Source: an uncultured delta proteobacterium
GTDB lineage: Bacteria; Myxococcota_A; Polyangia; Fen-1088
DNA: 64,000 bases
Assembly: GCA_963737265.1 (NCBI GenBank)
Contig: CAVTRY010000007.1
Location: forward strand, 448,001-512,000
Direction: 5' to 3'
Part shown: positions 29,888 through 40,135 of the stretch, one piece after another
Layout of the letters: each line of letters starts with the position of its first letter
Numbering within the stretch: the stretch's first letter is position 1
Program-made: the position numbers and the translations under genes
The notes under the pieces: generated by a model
The model's input: the letters and a program-made list of their open reading frames with translations, nothing else
What the model was told of the DNA's origin: nothing
Database searches by the model: none

Positions 29888-31035
29888 AGCACCGAGGCCG
29901 CCCGGCGCACGACCTCTTCCAGCAGCTCAGGTGAGGTGCCCATGTTGAGCCGGGCGAACCCGTGCCCCTCGGCACCGAAGTCCGGCCCGCGGCCAAGCGC
30001 CACGCGGCCCTTCTCCAGGAACACCGCTGCCGGATCGTCGCCCAGGCCCAGGCCGCGGCAGTCCAGCCAGGCCAGGAAGCTGGCCTGCGGCGGCGCATAG
30101 CCTGCCCCGGGCAGGTGCTCGGCGAGCAGGCCGGCCAGCAGCTTCCGGTTCTCGTCGAGCTGACCGAGCACGGCGTCCAGCCACGGCAGCCCCTCGGTGA
30201 ACGCGGCCACCGAGGCGAGCACGCCGAGGTGGCTCGCCAGCAGCGCCTCCCACCGCTCTTCCAGCAGCGTGATGCCCGCCGGGGCGCCCGCCACGGCCAG
30301 GCCGCACTTCAGCCCGGCGATGTTCCAGCCCTTGGTCGCGGACGTGAACGTGAACGTCGTCTCGGCCTGGGTCAGCTCGTGATCGATAGCGAGGAACGGC
30401 ACGAACCGCGCGCCGGCCAGCGCCAGCGGCGCATGGATCTCATCCACAAGCAGCGCGGCACCATGCCGCTGGCAGGCGTCGGCGACCATGGCCAGCTCCG
30501 CTGGCGACCACACGTTGCCGGTCGGGTTGTGCGGGCTGCACAGCAGGTACGCGGCGGCGTCCGGCTCGCTCAGCGCCGCCTCGATCGCATCCGGGTCGAG
30601 TGCGTAGCGGCCGTCGGCGCCGCGGGCCAGCGGGGCGTCGATGAGCCGCCGCCCGTAGAAGCCGAACCGGAACCGGAACGGCGGGTACACCGGCGGGTTG
30701 ACCACGATCCCCGAGCCCGGTGGCGTAATGGCCTGGACCACCTCGGCGAGCCCGGTCATCACGTCCGGGATCGCGAACACGCGGGACGGCTCCACCGTCC
30801 AGCCCAGCCGCTGCGCGGCGAACTGGGCGAACGCGTCGGGAAGCTGCCCGATGTGCGCGTAGCCGCAGTCGCCGATGGCCAGCGCCGAGGTCACCGCCGC
30901 CGTGATCGGCCCGGCCAGGCCGAAGTCCATCTCCGCGACGAACGCAGGCAGCACGTCGGGCGGGTACGCCCGCCACTTGTGGCTCCTGCGCTGCCGCAGT
31001 TCCGTCAACGAGCAGGTGCCAAGCAGCGGGTCCAC
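29884..31035 (-). CDS. MalY/PatB family PLP enzyme (cystathionine beta-lyase-like)
   Basis: SHKW, VAEMDF, LCSPHNPTG, DEIHAPL, SATKGWNIAGLK. Confidence 0.9.
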   Translation of the reverse strand: MDPLLGTCSLTELRQRRSHKWRAYPPDVLPAFVAEMDFGLAGPITAAVTSALAIGDCGYAHIGQLPDAFAQFAAQRLGWTVEPSRVFAIPDVMTGLAEVVQAITPPGSGIVVNPPVYPPFRFRFGFYGRRLIDAPLARGADGRYALDPDAIEAALSEPDAAAYLLCSPHNPTGNVWSPAELAMVADACQRHGAALLVDEIHAPLALAGARFVPFLAIDHELTQAETTFTFTSATKGWNIAGLKCGLAVAGAPAGITLLEERWEALLASHLGVLASVAAFTEGLPWLDAVLGQLDENRKLLAGLLAEHLPGAGYAPPQASFLAWLDCRGLGLGDDPAAVFLEKGRVALGRGPDFGAEGHGFARLNMGTSPELLEEVVRRAASVL

Positions 31036-31091
31036 CGACGCATGGTAACCGCTGTGCCCCAGGGCGACGGAAGCGCCCAGGCGCGAATGTG

Positions 31092-31138
31092 GTCGTTGGC
31101 ACTCCACCCACATACTTTGTGGGCGGAGTGCCAACGAC
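31092..31138. terminator. 21-bp-arm hairpin between MerR-PP2C and patB
   Basis: GTCGTTGGCACTCCACCCACA-TACTT-TGTGGGCGGAGTGCCAACGAC with one mismatch. Confidence 0.55.
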
Positions 31139-31162
31139 GACAAACGGGCGGCGGGCGGCGGG

Positions 31163-32248
31163 TCAGCGGGCCGCGGGGGCAGGCAGGGGGACGATGTCGG
31201 CGACGACGCAGGAGACATTGTCCGGGCCGCCGCCTGCGTTGGCCGCCTCGATCAGGTGCGTGGCGGCCTGGTCGGGATCGGCGGTACCGCGCAGCGTGTC
31301 GCGGATCATCTCGGTGCTGACCACGCCGGTGAGGCCGTCGGAGCACAGCAGGTACCTGTCACCGGCCCTGGCGTCGTGCAGCGAGGTGTCCAGTTCCACG
31401 GCGGTGCCGTCGATGGCGCGCAGCAGCAGCGACCGCTGCGGGTGCGAGGCCGCCTCCTCCGGGGTGATCCGGCCCTCGTCCAGCAGCGACTGGACCACCG
31501 TGTGGTCGTGGGTGATCTGGAAAAGCTCACCGTCGCGCAGCAGGTAGGCGCGGCAGTCCCCGATGTGCACCAGGGCGAGCTGGGAGCCGGACAAGAGCAT
31601 GGCGGTCACCGTCGTCCCGGTCTGGCTGTGGCCCTCCCCGGCATTTTCCAGATCGCCGACGGTGACGCTGGCCTGCTCCACCGCCTGCTCCAGGGCGTTG
31701 AGCAGGTCCCCGGCGGGCAGGGCGTCGTCCAGCGGTTTCAGCGCGTCGATGACGGCGGCGCTGGCCCTGGCCCCGCCGCTGCCCATTCCGTCGGCCACGG
31801 CGAGCAGGCGGCTGCCCGCGTAGGCGGAGTCCTGGTTGGTCTCGCGGACCCTGCCGATGTCGGTCCGGGCCGCGTAGCGAATCGCAAGCGCCTCCTGGGC
31901 ACTAGACATGGTGGTCTTCCTTCCTGACAGCGTTGCGATGAGGAAGGCGGCAAGGTCGCGCCGGCTCGCGGTGTCGGCCTCGACCTGGGCCCAGTAGGCG
32001 GCGACCTCGTCGGCGGCCCGGGCCGGCTCGGAGTCGCAGACGACCCGGATCCGGGCCAGCGGCATGCCGAGCCTGCGCAGCCAGGCGACCAGCCGCGCCC
32101 GCTCCAGTTGCGCCGGGTCATAGAACCGGTAACCGGACGCCGGATCCACGAACGCCGGCGGGAGCAGCCCGAGCTCGTCGTACAGCCGCAGCGCCTTCGG
32201 GGACAGCCGTGTGGCATGAGCGAACGCGCCGATCGACAGCAACCTCAC
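31163..32248 (-). CDS. MerR family regulator fused to PP2C (PPM) phosphatase
   Basis: LSIGAFA..SPKALRLYD..SGYRFY; then GRVRETNQD, VADGMG, HIGDCRAY, LCSDGL, GGPDN. Confidence 0.92.
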   Translation of the reverse strand: MRLLSIGAFAHATRLSPKALRLYDELGLLPPAFVDPASGYRFYDPAQLERARLVAWLRRLGMPLARIRVVCDSEPARAADEVAAYWAQVEADTASRRDLAAFLIATLSGRKTTMSSAQEALAIRYAARTDIGRVRETNQDSAYAGSRLLAVADGMGSGGARASAAVIDALKPLDDALPAGDLLNALEQAVEQASVTVGDLENAGEGHSQTGTTVTAMLLSGSQLALVHIGDCRAYLLRDGELFQITHDHTVVQSLLDEGRITPEEAASHPQRSLLLRAIDGTAVELDTSLHDARAGDRYLLCSDGLTGVVSTEMIRDTLRGTADPDQAATHLIEAANAGGGPDNVSCVVADIVPLPAPAAR

Positions 32249-32289
32249 GCCAGCCTCCTCGCACCCGGGCACCATGCCCGGTCTACCCG

Positions 32290-32320
32290 ATGCTGGGGTT
32301 TGCCCCAAGGGCAGAGTCAA
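32290..32320 (-). promoter_or_regulatory. MerR-type promoter with 19-bp spacer and dyad
   Basis: Minus strand TTGACT-N19-CAGCAT with TGCCC-TTG-GGGCA inside the spacer. Confidence 0.8.
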
Positions 32321-32399
32321 ACCACCGCGACCAGGTGACGGGGGAGGAAGGCGAGCCGGGCATACGCGTGAGGGATCTGTGGGGCTGGAGGGGCGCCGA

Positions 32400-32660
32400 T
32401 CGGGCGGGCTGCGAGCGGCGGACCGGGCGGGTTGGCGGGCAGCGCGCCGACGGCCTGGCGCAGCGCGCGGACGGGTTGGCGCGGCCCGACGGTGGCCGGC
32501 AGGCGGGCAGCGGACCGGCGAGTGGCGGACGGCAGCGGACCGGCGGGCGGGCCGGCGGGCAGCGGACCGGCGGCCAGGCGGGCGGCGGGCCCGCAGGTTG
32601 GCGGGCCGGGCCCGCAGGTTGGCGGGCCGGGCGGCCGGCGGACCGGCGGCGGGCCGGGGT
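32400..32660. repeat. G-rich imperfect tandem repeats (GGCGGGCAGCGGACCGGC-like and GGCCCGCAGGTTGGCGGGCC units)
   Basis: Units visible directly in the intergenic sequence. Confidence 0.7.
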
Positions 32661-32662
32661 GG

Positions 32663-33358
32663 CTAGTGCAGGTCGCCGGACAGATACCGGTCCAGGGTCG
32701 GGCCGATCGCGGCGGCGAGGTCGTCGGTGCTCGCGCTGGACAGCGCGCCGAGTTCCAGCACGTACCTGGTCAGCGCCAGGCCGAGCACCTGGCTGGCGAC
32801 CAGCGCCGCCCGGTATTCCGCCTCACCCGCCGCCATCTCGCCCGGCTGCCTCGGCGATCCGGCCCAGAATCGCCTCCGTGGCGAACTCCCGCAGCATGGC
32901 CGCCGCCTGCGGGCTGGTCGTGGCCGAGCGCAACAGCCCGAAGAAGGCGGCCCGCATCTCGGCGATGTCCCAGGCGCCGAGCACGGTCCGGATCATGTGC
33001 TCCCCGCGCCCCTCCCCGGCCGCGCCTGGCCTCGCCGCGAGCGCGGCCTCCACCAGGTCCCTGGGGTTGAGCGGAAGCCGCATGGCCGCCACGAAAAGCC
33101 GGTCCTTCCTGCCGTAGAAGTGATGCACCAGGGCCGCGTCCACCCCGGCGTCGGCCGCGATGGCGCGGATCGTGGTGCGGTCGTACCCCAGGTCCCCGAA
33201 CCGGGCCCGGGCCGCGGCCAGGATCGCCTCCCTGGTGCCGCTGTCGCCGCCACGGCGGCCGCTGCGCCTGGCCGCCCCGCACGGCGGGTGGCGCCAGCAG
33301 CCCCGGGCCGCTTGACCGGGGCCGCCCCGGGCGACGGCTGCGGGCTGGCTGCGGTCAT
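32663..33358 (-). CDS. TetR family regulator (frameshifted)
   Basis: TREAILAAARARFGDLGYDRTTIRAIAADAGVDAALVHHFYGRKDRLF..LLRSATT..GLALTRYVL; ATGA overlap with upstream ATPase. Confidence 0.85.
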
Positions 33359-34236
33359 GGCTGGGCCTGCGTAGCGTCCGCAGACAGGGTGAGCTGGAAG
33401 AAGCGCTCTTCCAGGGTGGCCGGCGCGGACGTCACCGTGGCGGACAGATCCCCGAGCGCACGGCGCACGGCGTCCGGCGCGGCGCCCGGAACCCGCAACG
33501 TGCGCCCGACCAGGGCGGCCGGCAGGCCCGCCGCTTCCAGCGCCCCGAACGCCTCTGCCCACGCGTCCGACTCCACCACGCTGACCTGGGCATCTCCGAC
33601 GATCTCCGGGAGGGTACCGCGAGCCACCACGCGCCCCGCCGCCATGACCACCAGGCGGTCACACTCGCCTGCCTCGTCCATGTAGTGGGTGGTGACCAGG
33701 ACTCCCGCCCCGGCCGCCGCGGCGGCGGCCACCGTCTCCCACAGCCGGGCGCGGGCCAGCGGGTCCACGCCCGAGGTCGGCTCGTCCAGGACGAGCAGGT
33801 CGGGCCGGTGGGCGAGGGCCTGCGCGAACGCCGCCGTGCGCTGGATGCCGAGCGGCAGCGAGCCAACCACGGTCGTGCCGTACTGGCGCAGCGGTTCGGG
33901 CAGGACGGCGGCCGCCGATCCCTGGCCGAACACCGCCGCCGAGAAGGCGAAGTTCTCCGCCGGGGTGAGGTCGTCATACAGGCCCAGGCCCTGGGGCACG
34001 TACCCGATGCGCCGCCGGGTCCGGCGTGACGGCGGCTCACCGAACAGCCGGATCTCGCCGCCCGTGGGCCGCAGCAGCCCGAGCAGCAGCCGGATCAGTG
34101 TCGTCTTCCCCGCGCCGTTCGCGCCGAGCAGGCCGACCACCTCGCCCGGGCGCACCTCCAGGTCGACCTGGTCCACCGCCACGAAGTGCCCGAAGGCGCG
34201 GGTCACCGCGACGGCCTGGGCGGGCAGCCTGGTCAT
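33355..34236 (-). CDS. ABC transporter ATP-binding protein
   Basis: GANGAGKTT, LVLDEPTSGVDP, TTHYMDEA. Confidence 0.92.
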   Translation of the reverse strand: MTRLPAQAVAVTRAFGHFVAVDQVDLEVRPGEVVGLLGANGAGKTTLIRLLLGLLRPTGGEIRLFGEPPSRRTRRRIGYVPQGLGLYDDLTPAENFAFSAAVFGQGSAAAVLPEPLRQYGTTVVGSLPLGIQRTAAFAQALAHRPDLLVLDEPTSGVDPLARARLWETVAAAAAAGAGVLVTTHYMDEAGECDRLVVMAAGRVVARGTLPEIVGDAQVSVVESDAWAEAFGALEAAGLPAALVGRTLRVPGAAPDAVRRALGDLSATVTSAPATLEERFFQLTLSADATQAQP

Positions 34237-35129
34237 CGGGACTCCCGTTCGGCGCCGACGCGGGCCAGTTCGCGGGCAAGCGCGGCGACGGTGACCGCGT
34301 CCTGGAGGTCGGGCCGGACCGCGCCGCCGTCGCGGCCGTCACCGGCACCGGGTGGTGCCGGGCCGGGGTCCCAGACCCGCCAGCGCCCCTCCCGCCGCCA
34401 GGCACGCCGCCCTGCCTCCCCGGCCGGGCGGGTGTCCGCCACCGTCAGCGTGCCCTGCATCGCGGCCACGATCTGGTCCGCCGTGCCGCTCGCCAGTTCG
34501 CTGCCGGCGTCGAGGACAAGCACGTGACGGGCGCGTTCAGCCTCGTCGAGATAGCTGGTCGCCAGCACCACCGCGGCGCCGCCGGCGGCCGCGCGGGCGA
34601 TCAGCAACCACAGGTCGGCGCGGCTGACCGGGTCCACTCCGGTGGTCGGCTCGTCGAGCACCAGCAGGTCCGGGCGGTGCAGCATCGCCGCGATCACACC
34701 GAGCTTCTGCCGCATGCCGCCGGACAACTGCCCGGCCAGCCGCCCGGTGACCTTGTCCAGCCCGGCCCGGGCGAGGAGTTCCGCGCTGCGCTGCCGCGCC
34801 GTCTCCGGCGGGATCCGGTAGGCGCTGGCGCGAAACGCCAGGTTCTCCGCGACCGACAGGTCCGGGTAGATACCCGATCCGGCGGCCAGGTACCCGGTCG
34901 CCAGCGGGGCGGGCCGCCTGACCTTTCCGCTGGTCGGGGCGAGCGCGCCGGCCAGGCAGCGGAGCAGGGTGGTGCGGCCCGCCCCGTCGCCGCCGACGAC
35001 CGCACTCACCTGGCCCGGTTCGGCACGGAACCAGACATGGTCGAGGGCCAGGGTGCTCCGGTACCGGACGGATACGTCCTCGGTGCCCCACCAGTCCCCG
35101 GCGCCCTGGCCGGTACCCGGCGCGGTCAC
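34233..35129 (-). CDS. ABC transporter ATP-binding protein with degenerate Walker A
   Basis: GGDGAGRTT, LSGGMRQK, LDEPTTGVDP; probable GTG start at 35129. Confidence 0.85.
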   Translation of the reverse strand: MTAPGTGQGAGDWWGTEDVSVRYRSTLALDHVWFRAEPGQVSAVVGGDGAGRTTLLRCLAGALAPTSGKVRRPAPLATGYLAAGSGIYPDLSVAENLAFRASAYRIPPETARQRSAELLARAGLDKVTGRLAGQLSGGMRQKLGVIAAMLHRPDLLVLDEPTTGVDPVSRADLWLLIARAAAGGAAVVLATSYLDEAERARHVLVLDAGSELASGTADQIVAAMQGTLTVADTRPAGEAGRRAWRREGRWRVWDPGPAPPGAGDGRDGGAVRPDLQDAVTVAALARELARVGAERESR

Positions 35130-36293
35130 CCGGCGCTCCCGGGGGCCGGGGCGCCAGCCGCGCTCACCGCGCCGGCCGGGCTCGGGGCGCTGTGCGGGCT
35201 GCCCGGATCCGCCGCGTGGGGCGGCCGGCGCGAGGTAGGCCCGGAACCGCAGGCTGGCCAGCGTGAACACGACCGCGCCGAGCAGCGCCAGGAAGAGGAA
35301 CGGCCGCCAGAGAGCAGTGAGCGGCTCAGCGCGGAGCATCACCCCGCGGGAGATCTGGTTGAAGTAGGTCAGCGGGAGCAGGTAGGAGATCCAGCGCACC
35401 CCGGCCGCGATCGACGACAGCGGGAAGATCAGGCCGGACAGCAGCACCTGCGGCAGCGTGACCATGAACGCGAGCTGGATGGCCTGGCCCTGGTTCTCCG
35501 ACACGCTGGAGATCAGGATGCCGAGGCCGAGGGTGACGAACAGGAACAGCAGCGCGCCAAGGGCGAACACCGCGAGCGAGCCGCGGAACGGCACCCCGAA
35601 CAGGGTGACGCCGACGCCCACGACAATGGCCAGGTCCAGGGTTGCCACGGCGAAGTAGGGCACGATCTTGCCGAGGAACACGTCGCGCGGCTTGAGCGGC
35701 ATCACCGCAAGCTGTTCCAGGGTCCCGGACTGGCGCTCACGGACCACCCCGAGGCTGGTGATGATCGTGCCGACGAAGACGAGCACCACGCCGGCCAGGC
35801 CGGGGATCATGATGTCCGAGGTTTTCAGGCCCGGGTTGTAGAGCACGGTAATGGTGGGCCGGACCTGGCTCGCCTGTCCCGGGGCCGCCTGGCCGCCGCT
35901 GGCGGCCGCGCCGGACACCGCGGCCTTGGCGGCCATGGCGGACAGGGATGCGATCGCCGCCTTGGCGGTGAAAAGCTGGCTGCCGTCGATCAGTACCTCC
36001 GGGCGGCCGGCCCCGGTGACCACCGCCACCGCGGCGTGACCGTCCCTTAGTTGCTCCTCCGCCCAGGCCCGGTCCTGCGACGGCTGCACGTCAACCAGCT
36101 CGAAGGGCTGGCCGAGCAGGTGCGCGGCCTGGCTGGCCTGCGGCCCGGCGGCCACGGTCGGGATCGTGGTCACGTCGAAGCTCGCCGCGTAGCCGAACAC
36201 GATGAGCAGCACGACCGGCATCACGATCATCATGGCCAGCGTGCGGCGGTCGCGCCGTAGCTGCCGGAACTCCTTGACGATCATCGCCCACAT
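35126..36293 (-). CDS. ABC-2 type permease (3' end uncertain)
   Basis: KEFRQLRRDRRT, LYNPGL, VVRERQSGTLEQL, LLSGLIFP; AGGAG RBS. Confidence 0.88.
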
Positions 36294-36319
36294 GGCTGCT
36301 CCTGACGGCTGGCCGTGAT

Positions 36320-36351
36320 TTCAACGCTCGTTGAATTCTACGAGCGTTGAA
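36320..36351. promoter_or_regulatory. 32-bp near-perfect palindrome comprising two tandem TetR-type operators
   Basis: TTCAACGCTCGT-TGAATTCT-ACGAGCGTTGAA just upstream of the ABC-TetR operon. Confidence 0.75.
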
Positions 36352-36417
36352 TTCTTCCGGTCAACCGGGTCTTCCGTTCGGCGCGGGATCGAGCGGGATC
36401 GCGCGGGATCGCGCGGG

Positions 36418-37774
36418 TCAGCGGACGGCGCCGGTGACCAGCCAAGCGGAGCCGCTGGCGCGCAGCGTCAGGGTGACGAACCTGGCGACCAGCCACACGC
36501 TGTAGGCGAGCCAGAGGGCGACCAGGCCGCCGTGCCAGGCGTGTACGCAGGCCGCGGCGATGCCGAACACCGCCAGGGTGGCGAGCCCGGCCAGCGCGAG
36601 ATAGTCCTGGTCCCCGGCACCGATGAGCACCCCGTCGAGCACGAAGACCACGCCGGCCACCGGCTGCTGCGCCGCGACGATCAGCAGGACGGTGAGCAGC
36701 AAGCTTGTCACCGGGGGCGCCGTCGCGAAGACGGCCGGCAGGAACGGGCGTGCGGCCAGGATGACAAGGCCGAACACGACCCCGTACACCGCGCCCCAGG
36801 TGACCATCCGGGCAGTCGCCGCCCGGGCCCCGGCCACGTCACCGGCGCCCAGGTACTTGCCGGTGATGGCCTGCCCGGCGATCGCGATCGCGTCAAGGGC
36901 CAGCGCGAGCAGCGACCAGATGCGGAACGCGATCTGATGTGCGGCGATCGCGGCGTTGCCCATCCGGGCCGCGAGCGCGGTGGTCACCACGAGCACGACC
37001 TGCAGTGCGAGCGTCCGCACCACCAGCGACACGCCCGCGAAGGCCGCGCTGCGGACCCCCGCGCCGTCGGGCCGCAGCGCCACCCCGGCCCGCCGGGCGC
37101 CCCGCGCGACCACGGTCAGGTAGGTGAGCCCCGCCGCGTTCTGCACGATCGCGGTGCCTGCGGCGGAATCCGGCGAGGCCCCAGTGCAGGCCGAGCACGA
37201 AGATTGCGTTGACGGCGAGATTGGCCGCGCTGGCGCAGACCGCGACGGCCAGGGGGGTCCTGGTGTCCTGCAGCCCGCGCAGCACGCCCGTGCCGGCCAG
37301 CACGGTGAGCATGGCCGGCGCACCGAACAGGCTGATCCGCAGATAGGTGACGGCCCCGGCGGTGACGGCCGGGGACGCCCCGAACGCGTGCACGAGTTCG
37401 GGTGCGAACAGCCAGCCGGCCACGAGTACGGCCGTGCCGATCCCGGCGGCCAGCCACAGCCCGTCGATCCCCTGCTGTATGGCGGCCCGCCGGTTCCCCG
37501 CGCCGAGTTGCCTGGCCACGGCAGCGGTGGTCCCGTAGGCCAGAAAGATCGATATGTTCACCAGGGTGAACAGCACCTGGCTGGCCACGCCCAGGCTACC
37601 GAGGGGAATGGTGCCGATCCGGCCGACGATGGCCGAGTCGCCAAGCAGGAAGAGAGGCTCGGCCACCAGGGCGCCCAAGGCCGGCACGGCCAGCCGCAGG
37701 ATTTCCGCGTCGTGCGGGCCCCGGCGGAACAGGGACCGGAGCCCGCGGCGGGGTGCCAGCACGGGCAGGTCCAT
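36418..37774 (-). CDS. MATE family efflux transporter, DinF-like (frameshift near 37180)
   Basis: LAVPALGALVAEPLFLLGDSAIVG, FLAYGTT, GVLRGLQDTRTP, LDGVLIGAGD. Confidence 0.9.
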
Positions 37775-37905
37775 GACCGCGATCCTAATCGCGAGATAAC
37801 CGCATCTGCACTTTATTTGCAACTGACTGGAATCCTGGGGCCTGGAGAGCCCGCGTGCCGCCCGGGGCGGCCGGGGCACTGCCGGCCATCTGGTCGGATA
37901 GAGCC

Positions 37906-39129
37906 ATGGCCCGCACCACACACCAAGGCCGGTGGACCCTGGCCGACCGCTTTGCCTCCGCCTGGCATTACCTTCCGGTCGAGGTGCCACCTGGCTCGCA
38001 CGCGCTGCGGGTGGAGCTGGCCTACCGGGCGCCGGGCTGCGTCCTGGATCTCGGCTGCCTCGGGCCGGCCGGGTTCCGTGGCTGGTCCGGCGGGGCGCGG
38101 CGGGAGTTCGTCATAACCCCGGAGGCGGCCACCCCCGGCTACCTTCCCGGCGAGCTGGAGCCGGGAACCTGGCAGGTGGTGATCGGCCTCTACCGGCTGC
38201 CCGCCGAAGGGGCCGAGTACCAGGTGACCGCCGAGGCGAGCAGCACCCCGGGACGGCTGGCACCGCCACCCCCGCCCACCGCGCCGCCGCCGCTAGCCGA
38301 CGGGGACCGGCAGCCGCGCCGGGCACTGCCCGCGGCGCCAGGGCGGCGCTGGCTCGCCGGCGACCTGCACACGCACACGGTGCACTCCGACGGCGGGCTG
38401 GCCGTGCCCGAACTGGCACTGCTCGCGGCGGGCAACGGGCTTGACTTCCTCGCGATCACCGACCACAACACGGTCAGCCACCACGCCGAGTTGCCCGCAG
38501 CCAGCGGCCGGTACGGGATCACCCTGCTGCCCGGCCAGGAGGTCACCACGAACGGCGGGCACGCCGGGGCACTCGGCGACATCGGCTGGGTGGACTTCCG
38601 CGAACCGCCGGACGCGTGGCTCGCCCACACCGAGCAGCGGGGCGGCCTGCTGTCCGTCAACCACCCGATCGGCGGCGAGCTGAGCTGGATGCTGCCGATG
38701 ACCAGGCGCCCTCCGCTCGCCGAGGTATGGCACTGGAGCTGGCTGGACCTACGGTGGACCACCCCGATGGCCTGGTGGCTCGCATGGGATCCGGATTCGG
38801 TCCCGGTGGGCGGCAGCGACTGGCACCGGCCCAGCGACCTGTCCGCGGTGGGAACCCCGACCACCTGGGTGGAGTGCGAGGATGCGGATCCGGTCGCGGT
38901 ACTCGCCGGCCTGCGCGCCGGGCGGGTGGGGATCTCCGCCCGGCGCGACGGTCCGGTGCTACTGCGGTGCGGCGACGAGCTGATCGCCGTGGACGCGGAG
39001 GGGACCACCCTGGCCGGGCCGGATGGGCCGCGGGCTTGGGTCACCGGGCCGCGCCAGGCCTTCCCGGCCGCACCCGGTCACCACCGGCTCCTCGACGACT
39101 CCGGGGCAACACGCGCCCTCATCGGCTGA
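37906..39129 (+). CDS. PHP-domain metallohydrolase (CehA/McbA-like)
   Basis: GDLHTHTVHSDG, ITDHN, GQEVTT..GH, NHP, GGSDWH. Confidence 0.88.
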   Translation: MARTTHQGRWTLADRFASAWHYLPVEVPPGSHALRVELAYRAPGCVLDLGCLGPAGFRGWSGGARREFVITPEAATPGYLPGELEPGTWQVVIGLYRLPAEGAEYQVTAEASSTPGRLAPPPPPTAPPPLADGDRQPRRALPAAPGRRWLAGDLHTHTVHSDGGLAVPELALLAAGNGLDFLAITDHNTVSHHAELPAASGRYGITLLPGQEVTTNGGHAGALGDIGWVDFREPPDAWLAHTEQRGGLLSVNHPIGGELSWMLPMTRRPPLAEVWHWSWLDLRWTTPMAWWLAWDPDSVPVGGSDWHRPSDLSAVGTPTTWVECEDADPVAVLAGLRAGRVGISARRDGPVLLRCGDELIAVDAEGTTLAGPDGPRAWVTGPRQAFPAAPGHHRLLDDSGATRALIG

Positions 39130-39208
39130 CCGCCGCGGGCCCACAGCGACAGCCGCGAGAAATCTCACCGCGCACCTGGGCAGTCCCCGCCCCGCACACC
39201 CACGGTTC

Positions 39209-39610
39209 TCACGCCGTGGGCGGTGTCTCGAAGCCGCATCGGGGCCCGGTTGCTCGCGCCAGCTTCAGGTCGAGCGTCGCAACCCGGGAACCAAGGAACT
39301 CAGCCAGCGCGACATACCAGGCGTCGTAGGAAGTGAGGTTGTCCCTGAGGTCCCATACCCGGGGGGCAAACGGGCCGTAGGGAAAGAGTTCCACCCGCAT
39401 GTCGAGCAGATCGGTATGTGCCATCGCCGCGACATCGGCGGAAATCTCGCCTGCTTCGGCGGCCCGGCGCAAGATGTTGGCCGCTTCGACCGGCATCAGA
39501 TGCGGGGCACTGAGCGGCTCTCCGGCGAGCAGGGATTCCGCCCAGGAACCGGTGCTGCCGCTATCGACGAGCGCCGAGACCACGAGCGAGGCATCAACGA
39601 CAAGCGTCAC
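39209..39610 (-). CDS. vapC: VapC family PIN toxin
   Basis: LVVDAS, APHLMPVE, NLTSYDAWYVALAE, TLDLKL. Confidence 0.92.
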   Translation of the reverse strand: MTLVVDASLVVSALVDSGSTGSWAESLLAGEPLSAPHLMPVEAANILRRAAEAGEISADVAAMAHTDLLDMRVELFPYGPFAPRVWDLRDNLTSYDAWYVALAEFLGSRVATLDLKLARATGPRCGFETPPTA

Positions 39611-39843
39611 CGGCGGTCCTCGTCGCGGTGGGACAGGATGCGGTCGGCTGGCAGCGAAGACCCTGTCGCGGCCTTCCTGGCATGGATTCGTTGCACCAGG
39701 GCCTCGGCATCGGGCTGTCGCGCAAGTTCGATGAGTCTGGCCCGCAGGTACTCCTGCAGTGACCGGCCATTCAGAGCGGCACGGGCGGCCAGTTCATCAC
39801 GGGTCTCGTCGGGAATATCCCGGATCGTGATCGAGATGGTCAT
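39607..39843 (-). CDS. FitA-like ribbon-helix-helix antitoxin
   Basis: ITIRDIPDETRDELAARAALNGRSLQEYL; GTGA overlap with vapC. Confidence 0.88.
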   Translation of the reverse strand: MTISITIRDIPDETRDELAARAALNGRSLQEYLRARLIELARQPDAEALVQRIHARKAATGSSLPADRILSHRDEDRR

Positions 39844-39889
39844 ACATGCATTATGCTGCTAGTGCAATCATAGTGCAACGCGAGCTAGC

Positions 39890-39995
39890 TGGTGCCAGCA
39901 GACCGGCTTGGGTTCAGGAACGGTGTATCCGATCCTCGAACGGCTTGAAGCCGCCGGGCACGTAGCCGCGCGGGCAGAGACACCCCGGCCAGCCG
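39890..39995 (+). pseudogene. PadR-like winged-helix fragment
   Basis: CQQTGLGSGTVYPILERLEAAGHV with no start or C-terminus. Confidence 0.6.
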
Positions 39996-40004
39996 CTCTG
40001 CGAT

Positions 40005-40135
40005 CTTCCCGCCGCAGTGTCAGCCTCGGAGAGATCCAGGTAATAACGCAACACCACGCAGGCCCGCTTGCGCGCGGGCAGCTGCGCCAGCACGCGCAGC
40101 AGGTCAATATCCGTGCCAGGATCGGCTGGTCCCAC
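40005..40135 (-). pseudogene. ECF sigma factor (SigE-like) region 4 fragment
   Basis: DLLRVLAQLPARKRACVVLRYYLDLSEADTA, truncated before the recognition helix. Confidence 0.7.

Noticed and set aside
34233-36293. Permease-ATPase fusion (686-aa ORF)
   Set aside because: A GTGA start/stop overlap at 35126-35129 matches the coupling used elsewhere in the operon; likely an indel artefact
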